In this document: piece after piece, positions 1 through 10,185 of the stretch
Numbering within the stretch: the first letter of the stretch is position 1
Layout of the letters: the number at the start of each line of letters is the position of its first letter
Virus record (IMG/VR): IMGVR_UViG_3300008108_000012
DNA: 64,000 nucleotides
From: an uncultured virus (IMG/VR IMGVR_UViG_3300008108_000012)
Lineage: Duplodnaviria; Heunggongvirae; Uroviricota; Caudoviricetes
Direction: 5' to 3' (one strand)
Program-made: the position numbers and the translations under genes
Notes under the pieces: model-generated
What the model was told of the DNA's origin: nothing
Databases searched by the model: none
Seen by the model: only the letters and a program-made list of their open reading frames with translations

Positions 1-666
1 TTTGACATGTTTGACGGCTGTACTACATTGCAGTCTGTATCTTTACCTGACACTGGTGCGGTTTTGGACATGGGATTTATGTTCTTCTTATGTACTTCCT
101 TGCAGTCTGTATCTATACCTAATACTGGTGCGGTAACAAACATGTCATTGATGTTTTATGTTTGTCCTTCTTTACAATCTGTATCTCTACCTGACACTGG
201 TGCAGTTTTGGACATGTCAGCCATGTTTTATGACTGTACTTCCTTGCAGTCCATATCTCTGCCTGACACTGGTGCGGTAACAAACATGTCATTGATGTTT
301 AACACCTGTACTTCCTTGCAGTCCATATCTCTGCCTGACACTGGTGCGGTAACAAACATGAGTCAGATGTTTGGCAACTGTCTTTCTTTGCAGTCTGTAT
401 CTAACCTAAATGGTAATGCAGCAACAGGCAGTAGTGCCTATAGCAACATGTTTTCAAATTGTCGTTCCCTGCAAAGTATCTCTGCAATAAACATGAAATT
501 TACCCACTCAATCGGCAGCCTCAAAATGAGCGCAACAGCATTAAACGCATATTATACAGCACTACCAACAGTAACATCACGAACATTGACAGTAACAGGT
601 AACTGGGGAGTCGCAACAGACAACCCGTCTATCGCTACTGCTAAAGGATGGACGGTAACAGGATGA
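1..666 (+). CDS. BspA/DUF285-like leucine-rich-repeat surface protein, 5' partial (probable tail fibre or receptor-binding protein)
   Basis: About five tandem 25-aa repeats of the type CTSLQSxSLPDTGAVTNMSxMF; C-terminal cap IATAKGWTV; ORF open at the window edge. Confidence 0.75.
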   Translation, partial: FDMFDGCTTLQSVSLPDTGAVLDMGFMFFLCTSLQSVSIPNTGAVTNMSLMFYVCPSLQSVSLPDTGAVLDMSAMFYDCTSLQSISLPDTGAVTNMSLMFNTCTSLQSISLPDTGAVTNMSQMFGNCLSLQSVSNLNGNAATGSSAYSNMFSNCRSLQSISAINMKFTHSIGSLKMSATALNAYYTALPTVTSRTLTVTGNWGVATDNPSIATAKGWTVTG

Positions 667-881
667 GTGGGTTCTACAAACTTGACGGAGAAATAGTTCT
701 TCACGGACCAAACTTTGTTCTTAACGCAAACTACGAGTTGCGAGCAGAAACAAAAGATAACCATGAATACCCTGTTGATGGGTGGTATTGGTTTGACACA
801 GAAAAAGATGCTTATTCATTTTTTAATGTAAAAAAAACTGAGGAAGAACCACCTGCACCCTTAGTTCGCCCCAATGATTAG
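663..881 (+). CDS. Small tail-fibre-associated hypothetical protein
   Basis: ATGA overlap with the upstream stop; MSGFYK...YPVDGWYWFD. Confidence 0.65.
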   Translation: MSGFYKLDGEIVLHGPNFVLNANYELRAETKDNHEYPVDGWYWFDTEKDAYSFFNVKKTEEEPPAPLVRPND

Positions 882-951
882 TGTCATTACCTGCACATAC
901 AACACGCCACCCGATGTACTAGCCCGAACATGGGCATCGCTCAAAAAATAA
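874..951 (+). pseudogene. Truncated N-terminus of a GT2 (GT-A) glycosyltransferase
   Basis: Translates MISVITCTYNTPPDVLARTWASLKK*, matching the GT2 N-terminal ISVIxxxYN pattern; stops after 25 codons. Confidence 0.6.
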
Positions 952-985
952 CCCAAACTGAAGAGAACCTTGCTAGTATGCCACC

Positions 986-2056
986 ATGCGCTTTCATGTA
1001 GTTTCATTGCCGCACACAAACACAACAGAAGACTTTACGGCCTGCGCCTACACGGAAAAAGTCCGCAAGTTCTGCATAATGATGAAAAATCTTGGGCATA
1101 CGGTATACCTTTATGCCGGAGAATTCAACGAGGCTCCATGCGACGAGCATATTATGTGCATAACCGAGGAAGAACGACTAGAAGCGGTAGGAGGAAAACA
1201 CTACTCATCTGCTTCTTTTGACTACACTCTGCCGCACTGGAAAAAATTCAACAAAACAGTCGTATCAGAGATAGGTCAACGGCTAGAGCACAAAGACTTT
1301 ATTTGCCTTATCGCTGGCTATGCATCAAAGCCGATTGCTGACGCATTCCCTCAGGAGCTCAGTGTCGAATTTGGCATTGGATACGGTGGCTCGTTTGCTA
1401 ACTACAAAGTGTTTGAGTCATACGCGTGGATGCATTCTTGCTACGGCTCAAAAGTTACTGACCCACATGCGCTTGATGGTAAGTTTTATGACACAGTCAT
1501 CCCTAGCTATATCGACATCAACGACTTCCCAACACAGGACAAACCAGGAGACTACTACCTATATATTGGTCGCTTGATAGAGCGCAAGGGGTACCAGATT
1601 GCCGTAGAGGTCTGCAAACATCTCGGTAAGCGGCTATTAATTGCCGGTGCTGGCGAACCTCCTGAGTACGGAGAATATGTCGGAATTGTTGGCACAGAGC
1701 GTCGAGCTGAACTGATGGGCGGAGCAATAGCAACATTCACACCGACAATCTACGTGGAGCCTTTTGGCACTGTAGCCGTAGAGGCTATGGCATGTGGCTC
1801 TCCAGTTATCTCGACAGACTGGGGGGCTTTTACTGAAACAGTTATAGATGGGGTCACTGGGTTTAGGTGTCACACGTTCCAAGAGTTTATAGACGCTGCA
1901 ATTAACGCGTCATTACTAGATAGAAAAGCCATAGGAGAATACTCGAAGAATAGATACGGCCTGGACGCCGTTGGTCTTATGTATGACCGATATTTCAGAC
2001 GTCTTCAGACACTATGGGGTGCTGGATGGTATGAACTGGGAGAAGCTACTCAGTAG
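986..2056 (+). CDS. GT4 (GT-B fold) glycosyltransferase
   Basis: YIGRLIERKG and EPFGTVAVEAMACGSPVI (E-x7-E) motifs. Confidence 0.9.
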   Translation: MRFHVVSLPHTNTTEDFTACAYTEKVRKFCIMMKNLGHTVYLYAGEFNEAPCDEHIMCITEEERLEAVGGKHYSSASFDYTLPHWKKFNKTVVSEIGQRLEHKDFICLIAGYASKPIADAFPQELSVEFGIGYGGSFANYKVFESYAWMHSCYGSKVTDPHALDGKFYDTVIPSYIDINDFPTQDKPGDYYLYIGRLIERKGYQIAVEVCKHLGKRLLIAGAGEPPEYGEYVGIVGTERRAELMGGAIATFTPTIYVEPFGTVAVEAMACGSPVISTDWGAFTETVIDGVTGFRCHTFQEFIDAAINASLLDRKAIGEYSKNRYGLDAVGLMYDRYFRRLQTLWGAGWYELGEATQ

Positions 2057-2279
2057 TTATTGCGTGCCATTTCCCGATAGGGCATTCTGCTGCTGCGAGT
2101 TTTGTCTTTAGCTTCATAAAGCAACCGCATTGGGTGCATTGCTTTGTTGTTCGCCTAAGATAAGGACACCGGTTGCAGATAGCGAATCGAGATTCTTCTA
2201 CTTCAGCCGAAACATACTCTGTGTCACTTTTAAAAAAATCTAGTGGCGTTGGTTTTTTATCGTTTTTCATTTTTGCCAC
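2046..2279 (-). CDS. Small Cys-rich metal-binding protein
   Basis: RFAICNRCP...QCTQCGCFM..K.KL....CPIGKW. Confidence 0.7.
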   Translation of the reverse strand: MAKMKNDKKPTPLDFFKSDTEYVSAEVEESRFAICNRCPYLRRTTKQCTQCGCFMKLKTKLAAAECPIGKWHAITTE

Positions 2280-2300
2280 CTATGCACAGCAATTGTCGGT

Positions 2301-2606
2301 TTACGAAATTTCCCCAACCGCTTCAAAACCTTCCAGGTCCGGAAGAATAAACTCTGTTCCGTTCCACGGGGTTCCTTCTTTTACTGGCGGATGATTTATA
2401 AATTCGTGTTCTCCATCAAATAGGCTTGCGAATGTCACGTAGTCAGGAATGAATAATTGCGGCAACCCTCCAGGGGCATCCTGTCCCCTTGATATACACG
2501 CAACGGCTTTACCATTCTTCACTGCGACTATAGACATTTCCGGAGCAACACCGTCAATTTCTGAATTGTGCTGAAAAAGCATCAGCATGTAGTGGGTTCT
2601 TTTCAT
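2301..2606 (-). CDS. Hypothetical protein (tail-associated)
   Basis: 101-aa ORF co-directional with and immediately downstream of the FN3 gene. Confidence 0.55.
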   Translation of the reverse strand: MKRTHYMLMLFQHNSEIDGVAPEMSIVAVKNGKAVACISRGQDAPGGLPQLFIPDYVTFASLFDGEHEFINHPPVKEGTPWNGTEFILPDLEGFEAVGEIS

Positions 2607-2617
2607 CGGTATTCCTT

Positions 2618-4387
2618 TTATATGTATCTTTCGGTTCTATACCTATACGTTATACGAAGATATGTTTCTGGAGTCTGACCTGCAGCCCAGTCCCCCGTGA
2701 TTGTTCCACCTCCGATAACTGAATACCTGTTTGTATTGTTTGTTCCGACAGGCCAGCCTAAAGCTTCATTTTCGATATTGACATTTTGGTCTGCGTGGTC
2801 CCATGTCGCGCTTCTCCACACATTGTTTCCCGTACCCCAGGAGCTGCCGCCGTTAAGTGCAAGAAACGTCGACGAGCCGCCACCGGTTCCGGTTGAAGAA
2901 GTTGCAGAAGATAGGCCAACTGATGGGTTTCGTCCCGAGGTGATGGTGTTGATAACTGGGGAAGACTGAGAGACTCGCGCATAGACAATGGCACTTCTGA
3001 CACTTTCTGTCGGAGTCGAATACCAGTCATAATATTTTCGAGTCATACTTCCTCCAGTAACGGTTATAGGTTCCGTATCCCAGGTTGTATTGGTGAACTC
3101 AGGCCAATAGTTTCCACTATCTGTAGTTAGCGACGCTGTAGCAGAACGCGAGTAACCTTCTGAGTTAAACGTTGTTACAGTTACAGACACCACCATACTG
3201 AGACCTATGCTAGTTGTTCCAGAATACCCTGGGTAAGTGGAGACATCTAGGGTTTGGTTCGCGGCAGTTGTCCAGTTGTATGTTGGCGGATTGAAGTTTT
3301 GTCCATAAATAAAATCACCACTAGTGGACACATACACTTCGGTTCTATCGTAGTTTTCGCAAGCTGTTGGTGAAAGGGTTATGCGTACTGGTCTCTTAAA
3401 CCAAGTATTCGAATCATACCTATTTCCATATCCCGGCAACATTGCAATCGACACTCCTGGGGCAGCAAATCCAGGGGTTGACCCAGCTGACTTCGCAGAA
3501 TATAAACCGTCGCCGGCAGCATTATATGCCTGTACTCGACCTTTTAATTCCGTTCCGTTTGCGACAGTAAAGGTGTAACTAGTGGACGTTGTTGTAGTCG
3601 TTCCTGTCCAAGATGCACCATCATTTGTAGAGTATTCAACCCTGTACCCACTAATCGCGCTTCCTCCATTGCCGGGAGCACTCCAACTGATTGTGAACCG
3701 CCTATCACCCGAAGAAGACGATGGAGTTCCAACCTGGTCAGGTGTCGTATACGGTGTTGCCGATGGTTCGTTGGAGCCTGCTCCACCTCCGCCTACGTTA
3801 ACGCCTCTGACCTGAACTGTATATGAAGTTCCGTTAGCTAAGCTGCCGACATCCCACGGCCCAGTTGTGCCGGATAGCGAAATATAGTCTCCGTATGCGC
3901 TCCCGCCGCTTTTTATTCTGTATTGATACGAAGTTACAGCCCTACCATTCCCCGATGCTGCGGCGGATAATGTTATGCGCAGAGTTTGTGAAGATTGTCT
4001 AGCAACAGATATTGTCGGCGCGCTAGGAACAGTAAACGGAGTGGTGCTGGTTGATAGAGGGTCGGACTCCAAACCCCCACCTAAAACGTTAGCTGCGCGA
4101 AGTTTTACATAGTATTTCTGGCCATTTGTTAGTCCGCCAATTGTTATTGGCGACACTATGTCTACAGGAGAAAGGGATGTCCATTCTCCATACGTGACTC
4201 CGTCGTCCGTTGATAGCGCATATTGATAGTTTGTTATATCTAGTCCGCCATTAAAAGACGGCGTGGTAAAAGAAACTGTCAGCTGTTGATTCCCCTCGAT
4301 AGATGACAGATTGGTTGGCAAGCCAGGAACCGTTCCACCGCCGAAGAAACCTCGAGCAGATTGTCCCCTAGATGACAGGAATGGCAT
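2618..4387 (-). CDS. Fibronectin type III repeat protein (virion/tail)
   Basis: Three FN3 domains (P..P.........L.V.[FW].P...GG..I..Y; GL.NG..Y.V..RA.N..G); Ser/Thr/Gly-rich. Confidence 0.85.
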   Translation of the reverse strand: MPFLSSRGQSARGFFGGGTVPGLPTNLSSIEGNQQLTVSFTTPSFNGGLDITNYQYALSTDDGVTYGEWTSLSPVDIVSPITIGGLTNGQKYYVKLRAANVLGGGLESDPLSTSTTPFTVPSAPTISVARQSSQTLRITLSAAASGNGRAVTSYQYRIKSGGSAYGDYISLSGTTGPWDVGSLANGTSYTVQVRGVNVGGGGAGSNEPSATPYTTPDQVGTPSSSSGDRRFTISWSAPGNGGSAISGYRVEYSTNDGASWTGTTTTTSTSYTFTVANGTELKGRVQAYNAAGDGLYSAKSAGSTPGFAAPGVSIAMLPGYGNRYDSNTWFKRPVRITLSPTACENYDRTEVYVSTSGDFIYGQNFNPPTYNWTTAANQTLDVSTYPGYSGTTSIGLSMVVSVTVTTFNSEGYSRSATASLTTDSGNYWPEFTNTTWDTEPITVTGGSMTRKYYDWYSTPTESVRSAIVYARVSQSSPVINTITSGRNPSVGLSSATSSTGTGGGSSTFLALNGGSSWGTGNNVWRSATWDHADQNVNIENEALGWPVGTNNTNRYSVIGGGTITGDWAAGQTPETYLRITYRYRTERYI

Positions 4388-4388
4388 G

Positions 4389-5300
4389 TTAGAACCTAGA
4401 TTGACTAATGAATGCTGTGTATGCGTCAGTTCCGGTCTTTATCAACGTAATGGTGTAGCAATCAACAGAGCTGGCATTTCCGGATGGTGAAACATTTCCA
4501 CCAAACCACTTAGATGTAACTGCCCCCGTAACTCCATCTACCGTTATTGACGAAAGCTTATGTGCGGAGGTTCCGTTTGTGGCGAACAAAGCAAACGTCA
4601 CTGCCTGCCCTGTTGTCAGCATTGAGTTGAGGGTTGTTGACCCATCACCCCGTAGATTCCATATCCAGTTTGCTGAAGTGTTGGCCGTGAAGTAATGAAC
4701 ACTGCCGTCTTTGATATTGATGTCTACGGTGCCAGTCAGGGCAGTTGTATTTATAACAACTTTCTCAACTATTTCTTCTATTTTTGTTGTCCCTGATAAA
4801 GACAGGTTTTCCGCTAGTTTGCTGGAAGTTACCGCAGCGGCCCCTATTTTGTCGACCGTAACTGCTTCGTCGTCCAACTTCGCTTCAGTAACAGAACCAT
4901 CTACTATTTCTGCTTCTGATACGGCCGTCATCCAGGACAACAGATAGGTATCTATTCCGGTCTTTGTCAAAGATGCTCTTGACCACCTATGGGTCAACGT
5001 TGTCAAAGAGCCTTCTGAGTTAATTACAACTGATGGAGCGCCAGTAATCGACAACGAGCCCGTGCCGCCATACACAATTTCTATTGAGTCTCCATTAGCA
5101 ATAGCCAAACCTGTGGGTATTGTCAATGTAACTGGATTGGAGTTGCTGGTAAAGATAAGGATGTGACCGACGTCATCTGTCTCAAGAGTGTATGTAGACC
5201 CGGAAACTGTTGACACCGGGTAGTTGTATGTGCTCGCCTGGAGCGTATTCATCTGTGATGCCGTCAAAGTTTGACCGGCAGAAAATACCTGAAGAGCCAT
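4389..5300 (-). CDS. Tail fibre-like structural protein
   Basis: N-terminal FSAGQTLTASQMN; AVTxxKL repeats; beta-rich C-terminal domain. Confidence 0.7.
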   Translation of the reverse strand: MALQVFSAGQTLTASQMNTLQASTYNYPVSTVSGSTYTLETDDVGHILIFTSNSNPVTLTIPTGLAIANGDSIEIVYGGTGSLSITGAPSVVINSEGSLTTLTHRWSRASLTKTGIDTYLLSWMTAVSEAEIVDGSVTEAKLDDEAVTVDKIGAAAVTSSKLAENLSLSGTTKIEEIVEKVVINTTALTGTVDINIKDGSVHYFTANTSANWIWNLRGDGSTTLNSMLTTGQAVTFALFATNGTSAHKLSSITVDGVTGAVTSKWFGGNVSPSGNASSVDCYTITLIKTGTDAYTAFISQSRF

Positions 5301-5360
5301 TTTTTCCTCGCGATAAGCGTTTTGCTAATTATACAACGCTGAAACTATGCGAAAATGTAG

Positions 5361-5648
5361 CTATTTTAAGAAGTGCTTGACAATTGCTGTACACGCCAGA
5401 ACCACCCACAACACGTTGAACAGAATGATTGTGGGCAGCGTTTTTACAGTTGATGACCAAATCAACGCAATGCTGCTTGCTATCGCAAAAATATAAAGCC
5501 ACCAAAACTGCTGCTCAAAAAGCAGGCCGGGGAAAATGATTGCAATCTTCGTTGCAAACCCCCAGGCTTCAACTGTATTAGCCCGTGTCCAGTATCCGCG
5601 TTTTGACATAGTTTTGACGGCATTGGAAACCGCATAAAAGAATTTCAT
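5361..5648 (-). CDS. Small membrane protein
   Basis: About three hydrophobic segments. Confidence 0.65.
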   Translation of the reverse strand: MKFFYAVSNAVKTMSKRGYWTRANTVEAWGFATKIAIIFPGLLFEQQFWWLYIFAIASSIALIWSSTVKTLPTIILFNVLWVVLACTAIVKHFLK

Positions 5649-5730
5649 TCTCCAACACTACACGGTGTCGCACCTTAGTTAACAGTCTGGCTAATGCTAA
5701 AATTAGCTACCGTCTTTTCTTTGGAGAACT

Positions 5731-7662
5731 ATGCGTTTACATGTCCGTCGTGGCGCGTGGATTTATTTTGCGCTTATTTTATGGGTATCCGTAGGCCCCT
5801 TCATGACGGGCGCATCAGCACAATCAGAGCCAGGATTAACCGTAACCATTTACAACAACTTTGGCTACAATGGCTCTCCGCCTCTTCCAGCAGTATCCGG
5901 AAGGCCGTCTGTTGGTCAGATGACCGTTTCGAGGGTTGAGCAAAACTTTGACCAGTCTCCACCTTTTAACTTATATGAGGACTTCATTGTCCAATACGAA
6001 GGCTATGTGACATCTCCGGTTTCTGGGACATTTAATTTTTTGCCCACAGCAGATGACGGTACAAAGCTCTACATAGATGATGTTCTGGTCCAGAACGACT
6101 GGAGAGACAAGGGTGGCGGAGGAGCGGTTTCCGATGCTGTTACTTTTGAGGCCGGAGTTTCTAAGAAATTCGAGATGTGGTTCTACGAAAACGGTGGAGG
6201 AGCATGGACAACTCTTTACTGGAACATAAATGGTGGATGGGAAGTTGTTCCAGATAGCGCATTTACAAAACAAGTTGCCACCACAACCACTACAACATTG
6301 GCTCCGTATTTTAACCCTCCAACAAACCTAACCGCGCTTGTCGTTGAAGACAACCAGGTAAAGCTCACATGGGAGGCCGGAGAGCCAAGCAACATAGAGC
6401 CACACATGTGGAACATCACGTGGTTTGAGATGGATTCCGGAGAACGGAGCGGTGGTTGGGGGATTTGGACGTACGCCAACACGCTTACTGCCACTATTAC
6501 TTTGGGTTCAGACACTTCTGGTTATGGGGACACCCAATTTACTGTTAGCGCGGGAACTGCTGCGTGTGTTGGGGAAGGGCAAGGCTCGTGTTTATATGGA
6601 CCACCTGCAGTCACTGATATAAGCGTTTCTGTACCTACTACAACTACCAGCACTACAACTACGACCAGCACTACTACGACTACAGAGCCCGAGCCAGAAA
6701 CCACTACAACTACAGAGCCCGAACCAGAAACAACTACTACAACAGAGCCTGAACCAGTATTGCCGGAGGAACCAGTTGCAGGACCAATTTCCCCTGAAAC
6801 GACAGAAGTCGAAGTACCACAACAAGAAGAACCAACGGAAACGCCGCCAACCACAGACGCGCCGGCACTAGAAGAGGAAACGCAAGCGTCGATTGATGAA
6901 CTAGACACAGAAAATGTATCTACCACCGCTTTGTCAAATGCTGTATCAAACATAATCGACAGCATTGCCAACCCTGACGAGCTAGGTGAAGCAGTTAATG
7001 ACATATTAGATAAGCCTCTGACTGACGAACAATTCACCGCTGTTATAGATGAAGTCTTTTCTGAGCCATTATCCACTGAAGAATTAACAAACGTCCTTGA
7101 TGCAGTCTTTGATGAACCGCTTTCTGATGAAAAGTTTGACGAAGTTATATCCACGGTTCTCGACCAACCCCTGACTGACGAACAATTTGCTGCCGTTATC
7201 GATGTTTTGGAGAACGACAGCATCACCGAAGAACAGGTCGCCAGTGCGGTCGATTCCGTTTTAGAAAACGGTGTTACAGAAGACCAGGCCACAGAGCTTG
7301 CCACGAGCGCAAAAGTCTTGGAAAGTATTGATGGCGAGCAGGCTGCTGAGATTTTCGCCGCTGTTGATATTGCCGAGGTAACCCCAGAAGAAGCTGCTCA
7401 ACTTGTCGAGGCTGTCCAAGATGCCCCTGCGGAAGTTAGAAGTTCTTTTGAGGAAGAAATAAACGTCTTTGATGGGGTTGTTGACACTTATGTCCCACTT
7501 GACTCAAATGTCAGCGTAGGCGTACGTCGCGTCATAATAGCAGCTACTACTGTATTATCTATTACGGCATTACCTACTAGTCCATCGTCTGGCAGTTCCG
7601 GTGGAGGTTCTGGCGGTGGTTCCAGTGGTGGGCCGAGCGACAGCGGGAGAAGACGCAAATGA
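5731..7662 (+). CDS. Secreted PA14 + FN3 domain protein with Thr/Glu-Pro linker and acidic helical repeats
   Basis: Signal-like N-terminus; PA14 motifs ADDGTKLYID and YENGGGA; TTTTTEPEPE repeats; repeated L[ST]DE[QK]F..V...V. Confidence 0.8.
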   Translation: MRLHVRRGAWIYFALILWVSVGPFMTGASAQSEPGLTVTIYNNFGYNGSPPLPAVSGRPSVGQMTVSRVEQNFDQSPPFNLYEDFIVQYEGYVTSPVSGTFNFLPTADDGTKLYIDDVLVQNDWRDKGGGGAVSDAVTFEAGVSKKFEMWFYENGGGAWTTLYWNINGGWEVVPDSAFTKQVATTTTTTLAPYFNPPTNLTALVVEDNQVKLTWEAGEPSNIEPHMWNITWFEMDSGERSGGWGIWTYANTLTATITLGSDTSGYGDTQFTVSAGTAACVGEGQGSCLYGPPAVTDISVSVPTTTTSTTTTTSTTTTTEPEPETTTTTEPEPETTTTTEPEPVLPEEPVAGPISPETTEVEVPQQEEPTETPPTTDAPALEEETQASIDELDTENVSTTALSNAVSNIIDSIANPDELGEAVNDILDKPLTDEQFTAVIDEVFSEPLSTEELTNVLDAVFDEPLSDEKFDEVISTVLDQPLTDEQFAAVIDVLENDSITEEQVASAVDSVLENGVTEDQATELATSAKVLESIDGEQAAEIFAAVDIAEVTPEEAAQLVEAVQDAPAEVRSSFEEEINVFDGVVDTYVPLDSNVSVGVRRVIIAATTVLSITALPTSPSSGSSGGGSGGGSSGGPSDSGRRRK

Positions 7663-7868
7663 AATATGTCAAGAAACTTATGTCAACACTTTTAAGTGAG
7701 TTTCACGCCCTTGCTTGGACTCTTGCTGGAGCAGTAACCGTGCTTATTACTCTTTCTGGAGCAACCCAGCAGCAAGGTCTGTGGATAACCCTAATAGCGC
7801 TATGTGTGCATTTGTTCGGAGTCACATGCAAGGCGTTCTTTAATAAGGAAGATAATGAAAACAATTAA
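7659..7868 (+). CDS. Small two-TM membrane protein
   Basis: ATGA overlap with the upstream gene; two hydrophobic helices. Confidence 0.65.
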   Translation: MKYVKKLMSTLLSEFHALAWTLAGAVTVLITLSGATQQQGLWITLIALCVHLFGVTCKAFFNKEDNENN

Positions 7869-9288
7869 AACAATTAGGAATCTTTTTTTGTGCGTTGCTG
7901 CACTATTTGCTGTTGTTGCAGTGGCAGTACCCACGCAATATAAAGACGGAAAATTAATCGTAGGCAGTGTCGCTAAGGCTTCTGGGTCAGGCGGCCCGAT
8001 TGTTCTCGACGGCATGGACCCAATCTGCCATGCTGCGTATAATGAAAACACCGACCAGTACATTGCAAAAGTAGTCAAAAGTGTTTACGACCAGTCTTTA
8101 ATGCCTGGAAACAACGGCAAAATTGCAATACTCGGTACTGGGACAACGCCCGGTGGATGTGGTGGCGACTGGACATCTTTGTTAACAACAAAGTTTTTAA
8201 CACAGTTTGGAACGCTTGCTTCAGGACTCCAGCCCGAGGTTCAGTTTATAAACAGCACTACCGACCTGAATGCTTTTTTCTCTTCCGGAATAACATCGAC
8301 TCCACCGAAAATGCTATGGATTCCAGATGACTGGTCCAGAAGCGATGAGGTCAACTCAATATTTACTACTAATGCTGAAAAAATTGCTGACTTTGTTAAC
8401 TCTGGCGGTGGATTGTTTTCCAGCTACAACCCTTATGGCTGGCTGACAGCGCTGCTTCCGAGTGCGGTTTTTAACCTTGGTGGTTGCAATGGTGGTCCAG
8501 ACGCAACGGCTGACGGAATCGCGGATTTTGGATTGAGTAACTCAATAGTTGCCGCATGCTGGCATGGATATTTTACTGGAAACGTTGGAACACTAAAAGT
8601 CCTTGTTGACTATCCGTACCCAGACCCAACTAGCACTCGTAAGGCAGTTTCAATTGGTGGTGGCTCCGTATCTCTTCCTAGCTCATTCACTCTGGCAATT
8701 AGTCCTGCCAACCCATCAGCCGGAACTCCACTCACAATCACAGCAACAGCTCAAACAATTGCTGGAGCCCCACAAGCCGGAGTAGTAGTTAGCATGACTG
8801 TTAGTAGCGGTCCAGATGCTGGACGGAATTTTACTGCAACAACAAATTCTTCAGGAATCGCCACAATAACTGTAAATACATCTTCGACTGGAACAAACGT
8901 ATATACGGCGACAGCCACTGTAAATGGCGTTGTCAAGACTGTTTCTACAACCGTCACATGGAGCCCTGCCCCCACTACTACGGCTGCACCGACTACCACT
9001 GCTGCCCCAACTACGACCCTTACCCCCACGACCACCCTCGCCCCAACCACAACAATTGCGCCTTCAACTACCGTCGCTGTAACTACTACTGATGTATCAA
9101 CTACAACTGCTCCAGAAGTAGCAATAGTTGCGCCCACAACTACTGTTCACGACCACTCAACCCATAGCCATGGCCCTCTTCCAGCAACTGGGGCTAATGC
9201 ATGGAGGCTTTATTTAATGGGACTTTGCCTACTATGCCTAGGTTCGGCTATTTATCTTTCCAGACTGCTTGTTAAGTATAAAAATTAA
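7855..9288 (+). CDS. Secreted Ig-like (Big-1) protein with LPxTG sorting signal
   Basis: RBS AAGGA and ATG at 7855; signal peptide; Ig-like segment (ATTNSSGIATI); PTTT repeats; LPATG + hydrophobic helix + basic tail. Confidence 0.75.
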   Translation: MKTIKTIRNLFLCVAALFAVVAVAVPTQYKDGKLIVGSVAKASGSGGPIVLDGMDPICHAAYNENTDQYIAKVVKSVYDQSLMPGNNGKIAILGTGTTPGGCGGDWTSLLTTKFLTQFGTLASGLQPEVQFINSTTDLNAFFSSGITSTPPKMLWIPDDWSRSDEVNSIFTTNAEKIADFVNSGGGLFSSYNPYGWLTALLPSAVFNLGGCNGGPDATADGIADFGLSNSIVAACWHGYFTGNVGTLKVLVDYPYPDPTSTRKAVSIGGGSVSLPSSFTLAISPANPSAGTPLTITATAQTIAGAPQAGVVVSMTVSSGPDAGRNFTATTNSSGIATITVNTSSTGTNVYTATATVNGVVKTVSTTVTWSPAPTTTAAPTTTAAPTTTLTPTTTLAPTTTIAPSTTVAVTTTDVSTTTAPEVAIVAPTTTVHDHSTHSHGPLPATGANAWRLYLMGLCLLCLGSAIYLSRLLVKYKN

Positions 9289-9365
9289 CAACTATAAGGT
9301 TCACAGTGTTGTAAAATATAGCTATGCGCTCTCGCATACGTTCGCTACGACCTGTGAGGAAGAAA

Positions 9366-10169
9366 ATGAAGTATCCATACAAAAAGTTGGTGTTGCCTAA
9401 AGAAGTGGAAAAAGTAGGCAACGGCAAGTTGACGCCAAAAATGCTCAAGAAGGTCAAGACTGGCGGAATCATGTGGACTGAGGCTGCTGACGCATTCAAC
9501 CTTATGTATGACGCAGCATTGGCTGCTGGGTTCAAGCTTCGCAACGTAGGTGACTTTAGGCCTTTTGAAGGTCAATTGGCCATGTTTAAGGACCGCTATA
9601 GCGAGAAAGACCTTGGCAGAAAGCCACAGGTTACCCGTAAGTACGAAGGCAAAACCTGGTACCTAAAGCCCGGCAAAGCCCCAAGCTCGACACCCGGCAA
9701 CTCAAACCACGGATTTGGACTAGCGATTGACCTTGGCTATGAAGCTAAGGGTGCACTTACATCAATGGGTGGTAAATGCTTAGAGTGGATGTGCGAAAAC
9801 GCTCCCAAGTACGGTTTCTACCTACAGGGCGACGACCCTAAGTCTCCAGAATTCGAGGCTTGGCACTGGCAGTATGTATGTGGGGACACCCCTCCAGCCG
9901 CAGTGTCGGGTGGAGCCCCAGCCGCTGCAGCGCCGGCTCCTGCTGCCGCTCCAGCTGCTCCAGCCCCAGGTGCCCCAGCATTCCCCGGAGAACTTGATGT
10001 TGGCTCCAAAGGTGGAGCAGTAAAGCTCGTTCAGGCAAAAGTTGGCGCTAAGGAAGATGGAGATTTTGGACCCGGAACAGGTGCGAAAGTTTCTGCATGG
10101 CGCGAAGCTAATGGGTTAGGCAAGGGAACCAAGGTGGGACCAAAGACCTGGAAGGCGATGTTCGGCTGA
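9366..10169 (+). CDS. Endolysin: M15 (VanY-like) peptidase plus peptidoglycan-binding domain
   Basis: SNHGFGLAID and EAWHW zinc-binding motifs; Ala/Pro linker; DGDFGPGT PG-binding motif. Confidence 0.85.
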   Translation: MKYPYKKLVLPKEVEKVGNGKLTPKMLKKVKTGGIMWTEAADAFNLMYDAALAAGFKLRNVGDFRPFEGQLAMFKDRYSEKDLGRKPQVTRKYEGKTWYLKPGKAPSSTPGNSNHGFGLAIDLGYEAKGALTSMGGKCLEWMCENAPKYGFYLQGDDPKSPEFEAWHWQYVCGDTPPAAVSGGAPAAAAPAPAAAPAAPAPGAPAFPGELDVGSKGGAVKLVQAKVGAKEDGDFGPGTGAKVSAWREANGLGKGTKVGPKTWKAMFG

Positions 10170-10185
10170 TAGCCGACAGACTTTC

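Noticed and set aside
1..666. Diversity-generating retroelement target
   Set aside because: No reverse transcriptase or template repeat in the window, and differences between repeats are not clearly adenine-specific
6522..7304. 260-aa minus-strand ORF and similar antisense ORFs (8751-9137, 21386-21958, 61426-62022 off-frame)
   Set aside because: Shadows of well-supported genes on the other strand or in another frame
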